Assembly (NCBI RefSeq): GCF_009914755.1
Contig: NC_060926.1
DNA length: 64,000 nucleotides
Strand: one strand, 5' to 3'
From: the human T2T-CHM13v2.0 reference genome, Homo sapiens
Under the pieces are notes generated by a model, which saw nothing but the letters and a program-made list of their open reading frames with translations, searched no databases and was not told the DNA's origin. Shown here piece after piece: positions 31,723-49,670 of this stretch. How positions within the stretch are numbered: the stretch's first letter is position 1; each line of letters opens with the position of its first letter. The translations under genes and the position numbers were made by a program.

Positions 31723-33798
31723 TAGTACACTCGGCAAGAGAAAGATATGGAAAGATTTTCACAGTATCACACTTGAACATATGAAAAATATCCATACTTT
31801 TCACAGTATCACACTTTCTATCCACTTAAATAAAAAAACAGAGGAAGTTGAATTTAGTATATATCTTTACTAGAATAAGCAGCTACCTCTAAACAATAAC
31901 TGAAATGCTCATTCAGCTAATATTAGGCATCTATCTGTAGAAACTCAAAGAACTCTAGAACTCACTCTCTGTTTCCCAGGGACTCATAATCTAGTGCAGT
32001 GATTTCTAAGTTTATTTTTGAGAGAGTAATTATAGACTCCTTTGAGAAACTGATGTGAGCTCTGAACTCTTTCCCAGTAAGAAAATGAACCTATAAAATT
32101 TTGCCTATAATTTAGAGGATTTGTGGAAACCTTGGGAGTATGGATCCCTGAACTTGTAGAAGTGAGACTTTTAAATTTATAGTTTGATAGAAATACTATA
32201 ATGGAAGTGTAGACAAGATGCTATACCACAGCACAGAAAAACAGGGCTGAACTCTCCTGGGTCATATCAAGAAAGCCAGGGAAGAATGACATTTGCACAA
32301 AATACTGAAGGACGCTAGGAGTTTGACAGCTAGCCTGGTGCAGGGGAAGGATGTCCACAGAGGGAACAGCCCCAGAGGCTAGAATGGATGGGGAACCATG
32401 ACTGTCTTCGTGATAGAAGCCCAGTATGTGCATGGGAGTGACTAAAGATGAGTCTCCAGAGCTGGGCAGAAGCCAGAGCACAAAGGGGTTGGTCCGTTGG
32501 GTTAGGACATTTGAACTTCAGGAGTCACGGAACGATTTTGATCAAGACTTTCATTGGTAGGCAGAAAGTCTATATTAGTGCATGGCTAAATAAATCATCA
32601 TGAGAATAGTAATTTGGATGATGGAATAAGGTATAAAAAGTAGACGAGACCACTTGATTCTGATTTTGGAGGGGATCATTGACTAAATGATATATTATTT
32701 AAAAAGATATATTGCTAAAATCAAATGGAATTGATTGGAAAGCCATTGCTTTTACAAAGGAAGTTGGGAGAATAAAGTTCTGAAACTGTATGAGAAAAAA
32801 CGGGTGCGTGTCAAACACAAAATTTGGGCAGCACATTGACTCCTTGGCTGCAGTAAGTCCCATGCACAGGCAAGCTAGTATCAGTCACTCAAGATGGATC
32901 GCTCACTCCTGATTCAGCCACTGTCATGCCCTCTGCTGTCTTCCAGGCACTCCAGATGGGCCACGTGACTTCCCATTGACCCTTCCACCTACAACTAGCA
33001 GGAAAGAGAAAGAGGGTACAGTGGGTCAGGTTTTTAACATCTCTATATTAAGCACGTATTGCTTTTATAATTGAGATTTTAAAGCAATGTAGTATAAAGC
33101 CAGGCTTGCAGATAACATCATAGCTGATTCATTTCTATTTGGCTATACTTAACCTAATATACTTAAAAAAAGGAAAATATTAGTTTTACATCCTGCTTCT
33201 TGGCACTGGCTTCATAAAGTCTCAAGGATATTTCACTTGATAAATACATCTTATTTATTATTCATTTAAATTTTTTACTTATCAGATACTGTAAAGACTT
33301 GGAAGAGTAAACTGTGCATGTATTGCATATGCTATTTTATGTGTATAATGTATCTTATAAAACATTTTTGAAATACAAAGAATCATTTGGTCTTTGCCAA
33401 AGGGTAGTGCTCTGAAAGATTCTCAGACATGTTTAAATAGTGAGCTTTGTTAAGCCAAAATTTACAATTTGGGTGAAGTAGCATTGATTTTTCCAGTTTG
33501 CCTTTTCTAACTCATTAATTTTTTTTTTAAAGAGTGGTCTTCTTGCTATTAATACGAATAAATAAACTTCTGTGGTTTTTTTTAGGGAAAGAAATAATTG
33601 ATTATAAACATCTCCTGAAATTAAATTCAACTCAAACTTGTGTTGAGTGCCCACTGTGAATAGTTCCCATGTCAGAGGAATGTGAATAAATGATTTAAAT
33701 GTAGTTATCTTTAAAAGTCCAGCTAATTTTGCACTCTCCTCCATAAAATATCTGATCATTAAAAAATATTTGATAATTTTTTAAATTGCTGAAAATTA

Positions 33799-33860
33799 AG
33801 TAAAATTGCTAGTATAAACAGTAAAATTGCTAGTATAAAGAGTAAAATTGCTACTATAAG
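33799..33860 (+). repeat. 21-bp tandem repeat, 3 copies
   Basis: agtaaaattgctagtataaa(c/g) repeated three times. Confidence 0.85.
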
Positions 33861-33919
33861 GAGATATGCCATGTTTATCCTGAGGCTTCAAGTCCAGCAC
33901 TCTAGTATCATAAGATATT

Positions 33920-34340
33920 ATGCTCAGAGAAATAAGCCAGCACCAAGCAGCAAATACCACATGAGCTCACTTATATGTGGAATCTAAATAGTCAAACTCA
34001 TGGAAGTCAAGAGTAGAATGTTGGTTTCCAGAGGCTGGGGGTGGATGGGTGAGGGGGTGGAATGGAGACGCGTTGGTCAAAGGGTACACATTTCAGTAAG
34101 ACAGGAGGAATACATTTTTGAGATCTATTGCATAACAGGCTGACTTTAGTTAATATATTGTATATTTCAAAATTGCTAAGGGAATAAAGTTGAAATGTTC
34201 TCACCACAACAATGACAAGTATATAAGGTGACAGGTAGGCTAATTAGCTTGATTTACTTATTCTATGTTGTATGCATATATCATAACATTGCACTACACT
34301 TTCTAAATATATACAATTATAATTTGTGAATTAAAAAAAG
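33920..34340 (+). mobile_element. L1MA 3' end
   Basis: ctcacttatatgtggaatct...tgttctcaccac...attagcttgattt. Confidence 0.8.
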
Positions 34341-34397
34341 AAATTAAAAAAAGAATCATTACCTGCCAGGTACAATGGATATGAATATGAAATGGTC

Positions 34398-34714
<317 letters not shown>

Positions 34715-36324
34715 CTATTGCCTATAATTCCTGGTAGGAAGAAATACCAATAATGCAGTTTGAGAATGTAGCAGAAGAGGGATTGACTAATTATGACTTA
34801 GAGGATAGGGGCAAGCTTCATAGAGAAAGAGGTGCTTGAACTGAGCCCTGAAAATGAGAAGTATTTCATTAGATAAAGAAAGATATTTGAGGGATAGAAG
34901 ATGGGAGGAACAAAGGCATAGAGGCATGAAAGTGTTTGGTGAAAGGCATGAACTGTGATCATCTGCACATGTATATCACATATGCTAACTACTATAAAGT
35001 TTTATTTGAATTACTCTGAAATAGAGGAACAAACCAAGTGAATTCAGCTAGTCCAGTCACTAGCTGTTACAAGTAGCAAAATCATATCAACCAATGTCTA
35101 ATTGGCTACAGGGACACACCAGGAGCTCCTCCCAGACAACCTTTCCAGATTCTGATTAGAGGAGCAGTCCCATAGGATATGGGGAGGTGTGATTTGCAGA
35201 GCCGACGAGGTGGAGTTAGTGAGATGGGGTTTCTGAGATTTAAGATTAAGGTCCCACAGACAGAGCTGAATCAAGATACCTGAGGCAGATTAAAAGTCTG
35301 GCACTTGCTTGAATGGATTTTCTTTCAATATCTCACACTTGAATGAAGACAGGGTGATCTCTTCCTGGAGGAAGGGTGGAAGAGGAGGCTCCCGAGAGCA
35401 GTACTCAGCTTCCTGTCCAGGATCAATAACAGTTCAGCTCTGGCCTCACACTGGCTACACTGCTCAGCAAAATGAAAATCCCACAAGAAAACCAGACTCA
35501 GCCTTCTTTGAAGGCTGAAGGCTTTTTAGTGACCATGTGTTGCTACTCAAGCCTGCATTTAGGATACCCCACTCTCACCCCAAACACACACACACACCTG
35601 CCCTCAAGGGGCTTATCGGAGCATTTCTTTCTTTTTATTTATTTATTTATTTACTTATCTTACTTTTTGTGATCAGTAAAACTGCCAGAAAGAAGCATTC
35701 TTTCAATCACACAAGAGACTTTCCTTAAGAGAAATCCTGATAAATCTAGTTTTCTCCTTCTCACATTTCTGGGGATGTTTTAGCACCTCTGATAAATTGG
35801 TGCCAGGGCAGCTCCTTCATCCCGCTCTAACACCAACTTTAGGCCCAGAGTTGCCAAGCAGCTGGTTGCTGGTGGGCTCCCTTCCTACCCACTGCTGAGC
35901 TGAGGCTGTGCTGTGGATGGGAGCGCTCCATTCTGAGGGCTGCAGCAGTAACCAGCTCCTGGGTAGGGCTCACTTCTGAGCTCGGTACTTCAGACCTTGG
36001 AAGCTAACACATCCCTATCCTGGAAGACCTTTACATCTGGACTCCTCAGGAGAATTCTGCATTTGCTGCTTCTGTTATCTCTACTGATCTCAGGCTAGAG
36101 CTGAGCTTCCAGCTTTGTACTAGGACCAAAATGCAAAGCATAGCAATAATCACCACTGGAGTCTTACGGTCGTTCCAGAGACTAAGCCAGCAGACTCGGA
36201 GAGGGTAAATAATTTTCCCAAGGTCAATCAGCTATTTAAATCATGGACTTGGGATTTGAATTCACATCTTCCAGACTTCAAACTCAAACTCTTCATTTCT
36301 ACTCCCTATTAACAACTAGCATGA

Positions 36325-36652
<328 letters not shown>

Positions 36653-38912
36653 CTAGCATGGTTCTTGGTGTTGCTTTCAACTGGCTGAAGTATTAGCTGA
36701 GAACAGATTAAAGTGTGTTTTTAAAAATCTCTCAAGATTCAAAGGAATAGAGTCATAATGTTGGCGACAGGCAGTGAGGTTGATATATTTGGGCAAGGCA
36801 TCTGACCTGACAGCCATTTTATACCACTTACTTCTGAGGTCTGCCTCACTGAGATTAAAGACGTGTTATCCGATTCCATAATCACCATATGTATATAAGA
36901 AATTGGGACTCTGTAGTGAAGCATTTTATTTTTTCTGTCAAAACAGGAGCTTATGACTTAGCCAAGTCACTTATCCTCTCTGGACCTCATTTTCCGTATT
37001 TGTAAAGTGACAGGGCTTGGCTGGCTGATCTCTGTATAATCTTTCTGTTTAATTTTCTTTACCACTCTACACTGATTCCTTAGCTAAATATTGCAAGTAG
37101 TTATGGTGGGTGCAGTTTTGTTTCGTTTGGTCCTTCCGAACTATGAGATTGGTTTATTCATTTATTCGGCACCTATTTATTCAAGGCCTATTCTGTGCTG
37201 GACACTGGTTTAGGTCTTGGGGAATACAGAGTGAACAAAAATGTCCAAGTCCTCATGAGGGGGCACTGATAAGCCAAGATGGTCGATGAGCAAAGAAATA
37301 TATAACATTATCATTTGATTGGTAAATGTTGTGGAGAAAAATAAAGCAGTGAAAGGGAGATAGGGTATAGAGGCCAGGACTCCTCTCTTATATGTATGGG
37401 TCAAAGAAGGCCTTTCTAATAAAGTGACATTCAAGCAGAGACCTTAGATCTTTTTTATCCTTGATGTAGGGTAGTAGGATATTGTAAATTTGGGAAGATT
37501 CTGAAGTTGCCAAGAGATAGGAACGAAATAGGCCTTGGTGGAGATAAATCATAGCTTGAGGTTCAACCTAGCTCTTCTTCCTCATATCCCTTATAGCCCA
37601 GGATTTCCACAAATGAGCTTCTCTGGGCTTCTGTGATTCCAAACAGTCTTTTAACATTTTAATGACTTCTCAAGTGTGTTGCCTCTACTTATTTATTTAA
37701 TTTTTACCAATGGACAATTAATAGTACATTAAAAAAAACTATGATAACTGAATTTACAGGATTTTAAGAAGCAGGGATCTGTTTTGCATGTGAATTTTAC
37801 ATCCAGATTTATATCACACGCTAAAGGAAGGGCCTAAGCTAAAAAATGTATAGGAAGAAGTTAAAGATGCAAGGACTAGGCTGGAAATACTATCTTCAAA
37901 GGGATGGATTTTTTTTTTTTTAGATTTATTCTGCATCTACTGGCTCATTCAAAGCCCATCACATAATTTGTTTTGGAGACAGGAGCATCCAGGAGCAGAT
38001 GAATGGCAGACACTAGGGGACAAAGGCAAGCCCTCCAGGTGTTAAGAAGAAAGAAGTGGGCAAACACCAGGCAGTAAGGATTCTAAGGTGCATTCCAAAG
38101 TGGGTGAAGGAAGAAAAGGATTGAGTTTGCTTCTAAATTTTAAACACTAGAATCTAATATATATAACAAGGACTAAGCTATTGCAGATCATCCTATTTTA
38201 TGACCCTATAACTCTGCAAATACCCTTTAGGGCCTAGATAGAACACTAAATCCTTTTGTTCTACTCACCCAGTCTGGATTTTCTTCTACCAATTATTTCT
38301 CCTTTAATCTCTACATCCATGATTTTTAGATGCGAGAACACCTTATCAATTAATTATCAATAATTCATTAATTGAGGGGGATTATTTGCTAGATAGTTAC
38401 CACTGCCAGTGTTTAGGACAGTTTAGTGTCTTTGTCAACAAACCTTTATTGAACTTCTACCCTATGTTAGAATATATCCTATGTACCAGGGATAATAAGA
38501 GGTGGAAAAAAATAGCCTCTTTTCTCAAAGAAGTTTACAATTAACTTAGAAAATGAGATTATTTACATAAAATGAATAACAGTAGAAAAATTTGTTTTGA
38601 TTCCTATTGAGTTTTACAGTTATTCCAAGAAACGAAGGATAATTTCCCATTGGATTGAAGGGGGAAAGTTCTAGAGAGGGAATGGGCCTACATTAGACTT
38701 TGGAGAATGAGTAAGGATTTGTCCATTGGAGTGGGATGAGCAGGGCAGACCAGGCAGCAGGGAGAAGGAGAGACAAAGTAGAAATGCAAGTGGCAGAGAA
38801 GGCTGAGGCAGCTGGCAGGCCTCCTACACATCAGAAATGAGGCTGGAGGGGCAGGCCAGGGACATTGTGGAGGACTTTGAGATCTCGATTTTATTTTATG
38901 AAGATGAAAAAC

Positions 38913-39230
38913 AGGCCGGGTGCAGTGGCTCACTCCTGTAATCCCAGCACTTTGGGTGGCTGAGGCAGGCAGATCACCTGAGGTCAGGAGTTCGAGAACA
39001 GGCTGGGCAACATGGCAAAATCCCATCCCTACTAAAAATACAAAAATTAGCCAGGCGTAGTCGTGGGTGCCTGTAATCCCAGCTACTCCTGAAGCTGAGG
39101 CAGGGAGAACTGCTTGAACCTGGGAGGCAGAGGTGAGCAGTGAGCTGAGATTGCACCACTGCACTCCAGCCAGGGAGACGGAGCGAGACTCTGTATCAAA
39201 AAAAAAAAAAAGGAAAAGAAGAAAAAGAAA
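38913..39230 (+). mobile_element. AluS
   Basis: Alu dimer with A-rich tail. Confidence 0.9.
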
Positions 39231-40451
39231 AGAAAACGCCTATTGCAGTTTTTGAGCAGGAACAAAAGATCATGTAAGTGACATTTAAAGGAAAACAATC
39301 TACTGGCAGTGAAGAGGATGGATGAACTAACTAGGATGCTCCTAGAGACGTTTAGGCATGAAGCAGTCAGGGCTGATCCAAAGAGGCGACAATGAAAAGC
39401 AAAGGAGAAAATGAAAGACACCTTAGCAAGGAAGACTCGTAAGGATTTCACAGCTGGTGAATTTTAGGATGAGAGGCGATCATTCCGAGGTCTTGAGAGT
39501 GGGTCAGTGGTGGTGCTAGTGGCAGAGCTAGTGGAACCTGAAGGGGGAGCCTGGAAAGGTTAAAGATACCAATGTGATTTCAACAGACTGAGATTCAGGT
39601 GACCATGGAACAGCCCAGTGACATTATTCGTTGGAAAGAAATATAAGGGTGACCAAGGACATTCATTTAGCCGAAAAAAAAAAAGCCAGTTTTGTTTCCT
39701 TTCCTTAAAGACCTGAATACTAAAACATAGGTAAAACTGCATAGTGAAAATACTAGTGATTGAGAAATGATGAACTGTTTAGCATAATTTCAGTTTAGGG
39801 TAAGGTGATGATTTGTTTGGATTAAACAAAAGAACAGTTACAGAAGGCTTTGGGGGCTGGAGGGCTGGGGAAGGGAGGCCATTGGTTGTGATATCACCGT
39901 GTTACCACACTGCTGAGTGATATTTGGAATTACCCTGTTAAATTTTAGCCTCAGCATTTTAGAGCTACCAGGACTTTGAAACGCTCCTTATACTACAGAT
40001 GAGGAAATGGAAGCCCAGAGAGAGTGCCTGGCTTTCCTAAGGCCCCACAGTAAGAAGTCAGTGTTAGATCTCAGTCTAGTATTCTTCTATTCCCAGACTG
40101 TATGGGCCAGCAGGTGCCCTGCCTTCCTGACTCTTTGAGGAACTCTTTTATTTAGTTCTACAGCAGGAAGCCTGATGAAAATTTTCATAGATTGCATTAT
40201 CAGAAATCAAAATGGAAGACCCTCTGAAGAGCATTAAAGGCAGGAAATGGTGTGGGGCAGCGTGTGTGCCCTGTTAGATCAACTTGTCTTCAGGTGAAGG
40301 AATCATTTTCCAGTGGCATCAGAACAAGATGAAATGAGCATAATCTGCACAGGGACTGACTGCCTTACAGAATGCTTAAGCAGCCCTAGAATAGACTTCA
40401 AGTGAGGTTGTTCAGTGTCTTTCCTCACATACTTTAAAAAATGCTGAAGAA

Positions 40452-40703
40452 GCCAGGTGTGGTGGCTCATGCCTGTAATCCCAACACTTTGGGAGGACCA
40501 GGTGGCCAAATCACTTGTGCCCAGGAGTTCGAGATCAGGGCAACATGACCTGGGAAACATGGTGAAACTCCACGTCTACAAAAAAATACCTAGGAGGTGG
40601 AGCCAAGATTGTGCCAAGATTGAGCCAAGATTGTGCCACCGCACTCCAGCCTGGGTGACAGAGCAAGACTCTGTCTCAAAAAAAAAAAAAAAAAAGAAAA
40701 AAA
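40452..40703 (+). mobile_element. rearranged Alu
   Basis: central deletion and 11-bp g(a/t)gccaagatt tandem units. Confidence 0.8.
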
Positions 40704-41159
40704 TTCTGAAGAACAGGATTGCTATCTAACTATCTGGGACAAAGGAGAAGTATGTAATTCAGTTTGGAGGTAGGGGGATGGAACACTTCTCTTCTTTTTT
40801 TATTAACTTATTCCTGTCCCAACTTGTTCCAAACAAGGAAATTGAAATAATGCAACAATAGATTGAGGAATCAAAAAATAGCTTCTTAGCAAAACCAGCC
40901 CCAGCATGTTCTGGTCTCCTTATGGAATGTCTCTAGCCCTTTTCTCATTGTTCCAAACTTTTCAGATGTGGTAAAAATGTACTAATTTGTGGGGTTCAGT
41001 ATGCCTTAGCTCTAGGGAGGGCATGTATGAGGTAAGCTGGAATTATAAAAGAAATAATCAAACTAATGATGAATTTACACTTTTCATTGATCAACAAAAA
41101 TGTTGACTCTTTCCCATATCTAGGCTTCTGCTGCTGGACTTTGTGATAATAATCGGTTA

Positions 41160-41447
<288 letters not shown>

Positions 41448-42258
41448 GATGATCCTTGGTTTAGGTGAGGAGAGTTGACAGATGACAATTGAGGAGAATG
41501 GCCAAAGCAGGCTTCATGAAGGGTATAAGACATGAGTTGCCCTTTGAGGGTTGAGCAAAACTTGGTTGACAGAGAGCAGAGGGTTGTAGGACCGAGATCC
41601 CCAGGTAGGAATGCCTAAGGCCTGTGAGTGGACTAGTTCTGTAGGGGAAAGTGCTGTGGTTTTAGTACCCAGGGACCATCGCTGACCCCTGTCAAGTATG
41701 CACGGGCTGTGGACCATTTTTCTAACTGAACTCATCCATTTTCAAGGTTTGACTATGATTTCCAACTTTTGAAGGCTTTGCTCACTGGGAGTCTTTGTTC
41801 ACTGGGCAGTAGTGGGAAATTATAGTCATTCTGAAGATGGATTGTACTCTTTTTCTCCTTTCTAGCTGTTCTGAGAGCACCAAAGGCAGCTCCAAATTGG
41901 ATGTCATTTCATCTGAACTATGAAAAAAATTCTCCCAGGAGGGGCAGCAGTAACCTGGTTTCCCCTCTCACCTAAATTAAGCTTTGGTGACTGATGATCC
42001 GTTTTACAATGTACTACTAACTCAGCCACCTGGTTCAGATCTTGGGAGTCCTGCCACTGCCTGTGATTTAGCAGAAGGAACATTTCCTGAGGACTAAAGT
42101 TTTTCCATGTTAATGTACCCCTCTGCAAATCAGGGCCATCTCTAGGACTGGAGGGAGTTGTCTCTGGAGCTCAGGGTTCTTTCCCTCCAGCGTTTCCCAG
42201 GAGAGCACTCTTGTCCTTCTTTGTCTTTCCTTCCTATCAATTGGGACTTACTTAGTGA

Positions 42259-42705
<447 letters not shown>

Positions 42706-43709
42706 TGAAAGATTGAGATTAAAGAGAGTCAAGTCAGGATAAGAAAAGAGATGAAGAATATCTTCCCTGACCAGACACAGAGGCCATGAGACATTCAGGC
42801 TCACGAAATCTGGTTCTGACACAGTTAAGTAGGTCAAGTATTAAAATGAGTCAGAAGAGCCCCTGGAAGTGACTTTCAGCCCTGATCTGAAACTTTTGAT
42901 AAGTTTTTATGTCTTCAATGAGGCATTTTTAAACTTAAAATATCTCTGGCCAGTGGTTGGTTTTGTGTGTGTGACAGCATGCTGATGTTCTTTTTTTCTT
43001 GACTGATGTAGACACATATTAACTCTACCAATTTACTCTATCCTGACTGATCTTAGGTGAACAACAACAAAAATTAACATGCCAGTGGAGTGAGGATGGA
43101 AGGATCTTTGTTATTTCACTTCTGAGCCTTCTGTGCTCCTGAGCTATGGAATTACCTATTCTCTGTGCTTTGCTCCTGTTCTCACTGGCTCTGGGCACTT
43201 TGGTGTTGCTGGCCGTGATGAACATCACTACAGTTAGTTTTGGTGTGGGACCATTTACTAGGAGAGCCTGCTCTTTCTTGGTTTTTCAAGCCAGGGAGTG
43301 GGAACAAGGGGATATATTTCTGCCAGTGGAACTTTGCTTGTTAAAATAAAATAGGCCTTTTTTCCTAATAAAAATAATCTTCAGGCCAAACTCTCTATAT
43401 TTACCACTAAGTCTTTATTGTTGATGTGAAGCAAGTTGTAGTAAAAAGCGTGTTTCACTGGTAGTCTGCTGCATGAGAATTCAGGTCACTTCCATAAATA
43501 TTTGTTGAGAGTATGTTGAGAATGGTGCCAGGAGCTGGAGACAGAAAGAGGAATGAAACTCCGTGTATACCCCTTAGTTGCTCACAGTCTGGGGAGTGGA
43601 CAGCCATGAAGGCAGTTAACTAAGGAGGGGTGATGGCCTTGTGACCTGGTTCAGTGGCAGGAGCCACCTTGTTTCTAGCAGCACCCATATTTGACAAAGG
43701 GTCACGTAA

Positions 43710-44125
<416 letters not shown>

Positions 44126-44757
44126 CCCCTATTTTAATTTTAATTCTTTAATTTATTACCTTTGCCACTTTAAATTGCTATGTATTCAAGGATGATTTTT
44201 TTTTTTTTTTTTTGGTTGTGGGCATAGAAAGCTGCATTTTCATTGAGGTATCCTAGTTTTAAGCACTTGTGTATCTTCATATTGTGAGAATTGTCTTATC
44301 TCCTTACCATTTTGCTTCTAAGGGTCACACTGTACTCTTTGTTTTCTTGCGTTACATTGATTAATTAATTCTATTAATAGTTTTATAACCATTAATTTTT
44401 ATTTTTTTGCTGATCATAGTGTTATATTTTTGTTTTCTGACATTTTATTTAGAATACGTATAGTTATTTTTTTATTTATTTATGTAGGCTATCCTAGAGT
44501 TGGTCTCAGAACCTCATAGAATAAATTTAGCTATTTACATGTATTCTATCTATAGCATAGACTAAATAACACAGACACTGTTATTTATAGAACCTTCCTG
44601 TGATATTATGCTGAATCATTTCCTATTGGGGAGTAGATATTTGACCTTCTCTTTTAATATTTTCTGCAGATAGTTGTTCTGGATAAAAAAATTTATACTG
44701 TTTTTAAAACAAATTTCAATAATGTATGTTTTCCTAGAAAATTATCTGTTTCATTTA

Positions 44758-45090
<333 letters not shown>

Positions 45091-46201
45091 TTATTGGCAA
45101 CAAATATTGCATACTGAATTTTACAAATAATATTTCATATTCTCTGAATTGGTGGTTACATCCCTCTTTTTAGTCCTACTTTGTATTATTTCTCTTTCTC
45201 TCAATCTCTTTCTCTCATCAGACCTGCCAAAACTTTCTTCCTTGTATCAGTCCATTCAACCAGTTTACGCAGATGGCTATCAGAGCCCACACAGGAATTG
45301 ATACCTTTTTTTAGTGACAATGGTACCTTAAAGTGGTACCTTAAATTACAGTACTTTGAAATACTGTGGCATGAAGCAGTTTATTTAAATTTAGAGAAAC
45401 ATAGAAAGACTACTGGTCTTACTTGAAGCGACTTCCAGTGTAACTTTGGGCAAATAATTTGTATGAGCTATGGCTTCCTTGGGTATAAAATGAATGGAAC
45501 GTGTGTTTGGCCCACTGCACAGCATTGCCGTAGTGATCAAGTGAGATAACATACATGAGAGTGCTTTGAAAACTACGAAGCATGAACAAACAGGGTGTTA
45601 CTGTCACAAAATAATGTTGCTTTTAGGCTCTATAGAAAAAAAAAGCAAATAGCCCTTTTCATAATGTTTATAGCATTTTTTCTACACCACAAAGATCATA
45701 TAGACTCTCTTCTTGAAAATGTCTACAGGATTTGTCCTGATGAATTATTTTAGTTTCAGGGGAAAGTATTTCCTCATCACCCTCCCCCCAGCATAAAAAG
45801 TTCCCATTCTACTAAATTAGAAATGTGCACTAAAGACCCATTCAATAAAGGACACTGAAATGGAAATTAACTCAAGTCTGCTTTCAATTAATTTCAATTC
45901 CCCAAAGTGCCAAACTTTCCTTTTCTGTCACAGCAGTAATTGGAAAGTAATAGACAATCCTCAGTTTTTGTAGTCTTATGTGTGTATATGGGGAGGAGGG
46001 TACACGTTCTAGGTCAGTCTAGGGGAGGGTCAGGAGACTTTTCAGTATTCTTTAGGTTTCTGTTAACTTATTATTTAAAAAAATTTTTCTGAATTAATTT
46101 TACACAAATATGGCTATAACTTCTTATTGTTTCAACATTCTTATTTCTCTATATCAATAATTTTAGAACCTTTGTTTTTAAACAGCAGAAGCTGATCTTC
46201 A

Positions 46202-46471
<270 letters not shown>

Positions 46472-47980
46472 CTACCAGCTTGGTGGCTTCCTCTCTCCAC
46501 TCAAGACAGACTCAAGAAAGCCTGGGCTTCAAAAAATATAAACTGAAAACCATGGCTTTGTAACATGATCAGGCATGATATAGACACCAACAGGCTCACT
46601 TAACATTATTTTCCCCAGTGTCCGCCAAGGCCTGAATGGGTGTTTTTAGAGGTTAGCACTGCAACTGTAGAGACAGAAAGAAAGGAGGAAGGTCAGGGAG
46701 GAATAGGAGCCACATTAACTTGGTGAGAGGCATGTGGCAGCATCTGATGGTTATTTATTCAAAGGCAGGCAGTGATTCAAGGGCTATCAAGGGCACAGTG
46801 AAGAATTACTAGGCTCAGAGTGAGAGATTCCCAGTACAAAATGAAGAGCAGACTACAAGTGAGATCTCAAAGGGACTTTCATAATCATAGCAAGGCTTTT
46901 TCCAAAATAAGTCATATTACCTTTCTGTGTAATCCTGTTATTAAGCTCCCTTTTAAACTGTACCCTTTAATACATATTCATTATTACAGTCATTCTCGTC
47001 AACCTAGAAATTCTGTTCTGGAAACTTAGCTTAAGAAAAAATGTCCTAAATATGAAGAAAAAGGACTCTGTTCCTTTTTATATCCATTTATTATAGTAAA
47101 AAATGAAAATTACCCTAATAATTGGGGGAGGGAAAGAAAATGATGACATGTTTTCTCAAGCAACTATTTCTTAGTCAATAAATATAATTATTGTTGAAAC
47201 TATTTGGAGAAAGCCAGGAGTAATAAATGAAAGAACCAGTTCTGAAATCATATGGACCTGCCCGAATTACAATTCTGGCTCTGTATGCCATGATCCTGGG
47301 CATATTATTACCTCATTTTCCCAAGCCTCAGTATTCTCATCTAGAAAATGGGGATAATGATACACCCTCAACAGAATCAATATGAGAACTTAATTAAATG
47401 AGAAAATATAAATAAAATATGAAGCATCATGTTTGGCATATAGCAGCTGTTCAAGAAAAGTTCATTCTGTCTCCACCATTCCTTATATAGCATATGGGAA
47501 AATGCTTATGCTCTGTCAACAAATTGTTTTTTTTTTTTTTTTGAGACAGGATCTTGCTCTGTCACTCAGGCTGGAGTGCAGTAGTGCAATCCTGTCTCAC
47601 TGCAGCCTTGAACTACTGGGCTCAAATGATCCTTCCGCCACAGCCTCCCAAGTAGCTGAGACTACAGGCTTTGTCAACAAATTTGATGAACTTAAGGAAA
47701 TACGTAGTTTCCTAGGAAAATACAAGTGACTAATTAAGTTGAAAAGCTGCGTAGATAAATTTCTTTTGAAGAAATTGAAAAGGCCTTGAAGATCTGACTA
47801 CTTTTTTAAAAGATCAAATGGTTTCATAGCTCTGCTCTATTATCTTTTAAAGAACTGATAATTCCAATGTAATTGAAGTTTTTATAGGTTATAGAAAAAG
47901 ATGAAAAACTTCCAATTCGTTATGGCTAACATAAGCTTAATGACAAAATAAAATAGAATAAAAAACAAAAACAATCTACC

Positions 47981-48270
47981 AGCTGGGCAAGGTGGCTCAC
48001 GCCTGTAATCTCACCACTTTGGGAGGCCAAAGTGGGTGGGTCATTTGAGACCTGGAGTTTGAGACCAACCTGGCCAACATGGCAAAAACCCATCTATATT
48101 AAAAATACAAAAAATTAGCTGGGCGTGGTGGCGCACGCCTGTAATCCCAGCTATTCAGGAGGCCGAGGCACGAGAATCACTTAAACCCAGGAGGTGGAGG
48201 TTGCAGTGAACCGAGATCATGCCACTGCACTGGGGGACAGAGTAAGACTCTGTCTCAGAAAAAAAAAAAA
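47981..48270 (+). mobile_element. AluS within old L1 remnants (about 47680-49350)
   Basis: Alu dimer. Confidence 0.88.
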
Positions 48271-48872
48271 TAAAAAGAATATTTCAATAGCAAAAGTGAC
48301 CACATAGTCAAAAGACAAAAAGATAAATGGGAAAAATATTGCATATAACAAATAAACAGTTAATACGTATTATTTAGAAGCTGTCACTCCTTGGTTAAAA
48401 AAAAAAGGCAGATAACCCAAAAGAAAATTAGGCAAATCAGAGGATTAGATAATTGACAGACGAGCAAATCTAAACTTATAGTAAGTATACGATATAGAGA
48501 TGCTCAATAGCACCAGCAATCAGCAAAAGTAGCTATAAACTATCACTTGTCACCCATCTGACCAACAAGAACTAAAAATGTTAACATCCACTATTGGCTG
48601 GAATGCAGGAGAAAGGTATTCAGGCAATGAATATTCCTGGGGGAAATAAGAATAGTTATAGCCTTTTTGGAAAGCAGCCTAGCCACATCTATGGAAACTC
48701 CACATAAATAAAAACACCAACATGTAAGGCTCTATGTACCAAGATGTTTGTTGTGGCATTGTTTGCCATGGCAAAATAATGAAAATAAAGGGAATGTTCA
48801 TCAGTGGAGAAATGATTAACACAGTTCATTTGTACCATGGAATATTATGCAGTCATTACAAGTAATTTCTTA

Positions 48873-49170
<298 letters not shown>

Positions 49171-49574
49171 AAGTAATTTCTTAGATCTATACCAATTAAC
49201 TTGGAGAGATTGCCACAATGTATTATGTGAGAGTGAGATGCAGAGAAGTACAATATATAAACCTACAATAACAACCCCACTCCATATATGTATATTCTGT
49301 ATATGATTGTGTGCAATTATATGAGGATGGAAAAAATACCAGAGATTATTAACATCAGTTGGGATTGGGGAGGAACACTTTTACCTCTGCTCAAACAGCC
49401 ACAATAAAAACAGTATAAATAATAATGGTCCATTTTTTTTTTAATTTTTAAAAAGTTTTTCTTCATGTATTTTATCTGTACAACAATAATGATCCTATGT
49501 TTATTTTATTTTTTCCATTACAGAGATGGGATCTTAACTATGTTGCCTGGGGTGATCTTGAACTCCTGGCCTCA

Positions 49575-49670
<96 letters not shown>

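Noticed and set aside
31756-33860. Short direct repeats as a CRISPR-like array
   Set aside because: Eukaryotic context, only 2-3 units, and no series of unique regular spacers.
38688-39451. Longest ORFs in the track (158 aa and 122 aa)
   Set aside because: Largely antisense Alu translations, like most ORFs in the track ([14 protein letters not shown] signatures).
41850-41960. Good acceptor (ttttctcctttctag) in ARHGEF33 intron 2
   Set aside because: No matching consensus donor or meaningful frame found.
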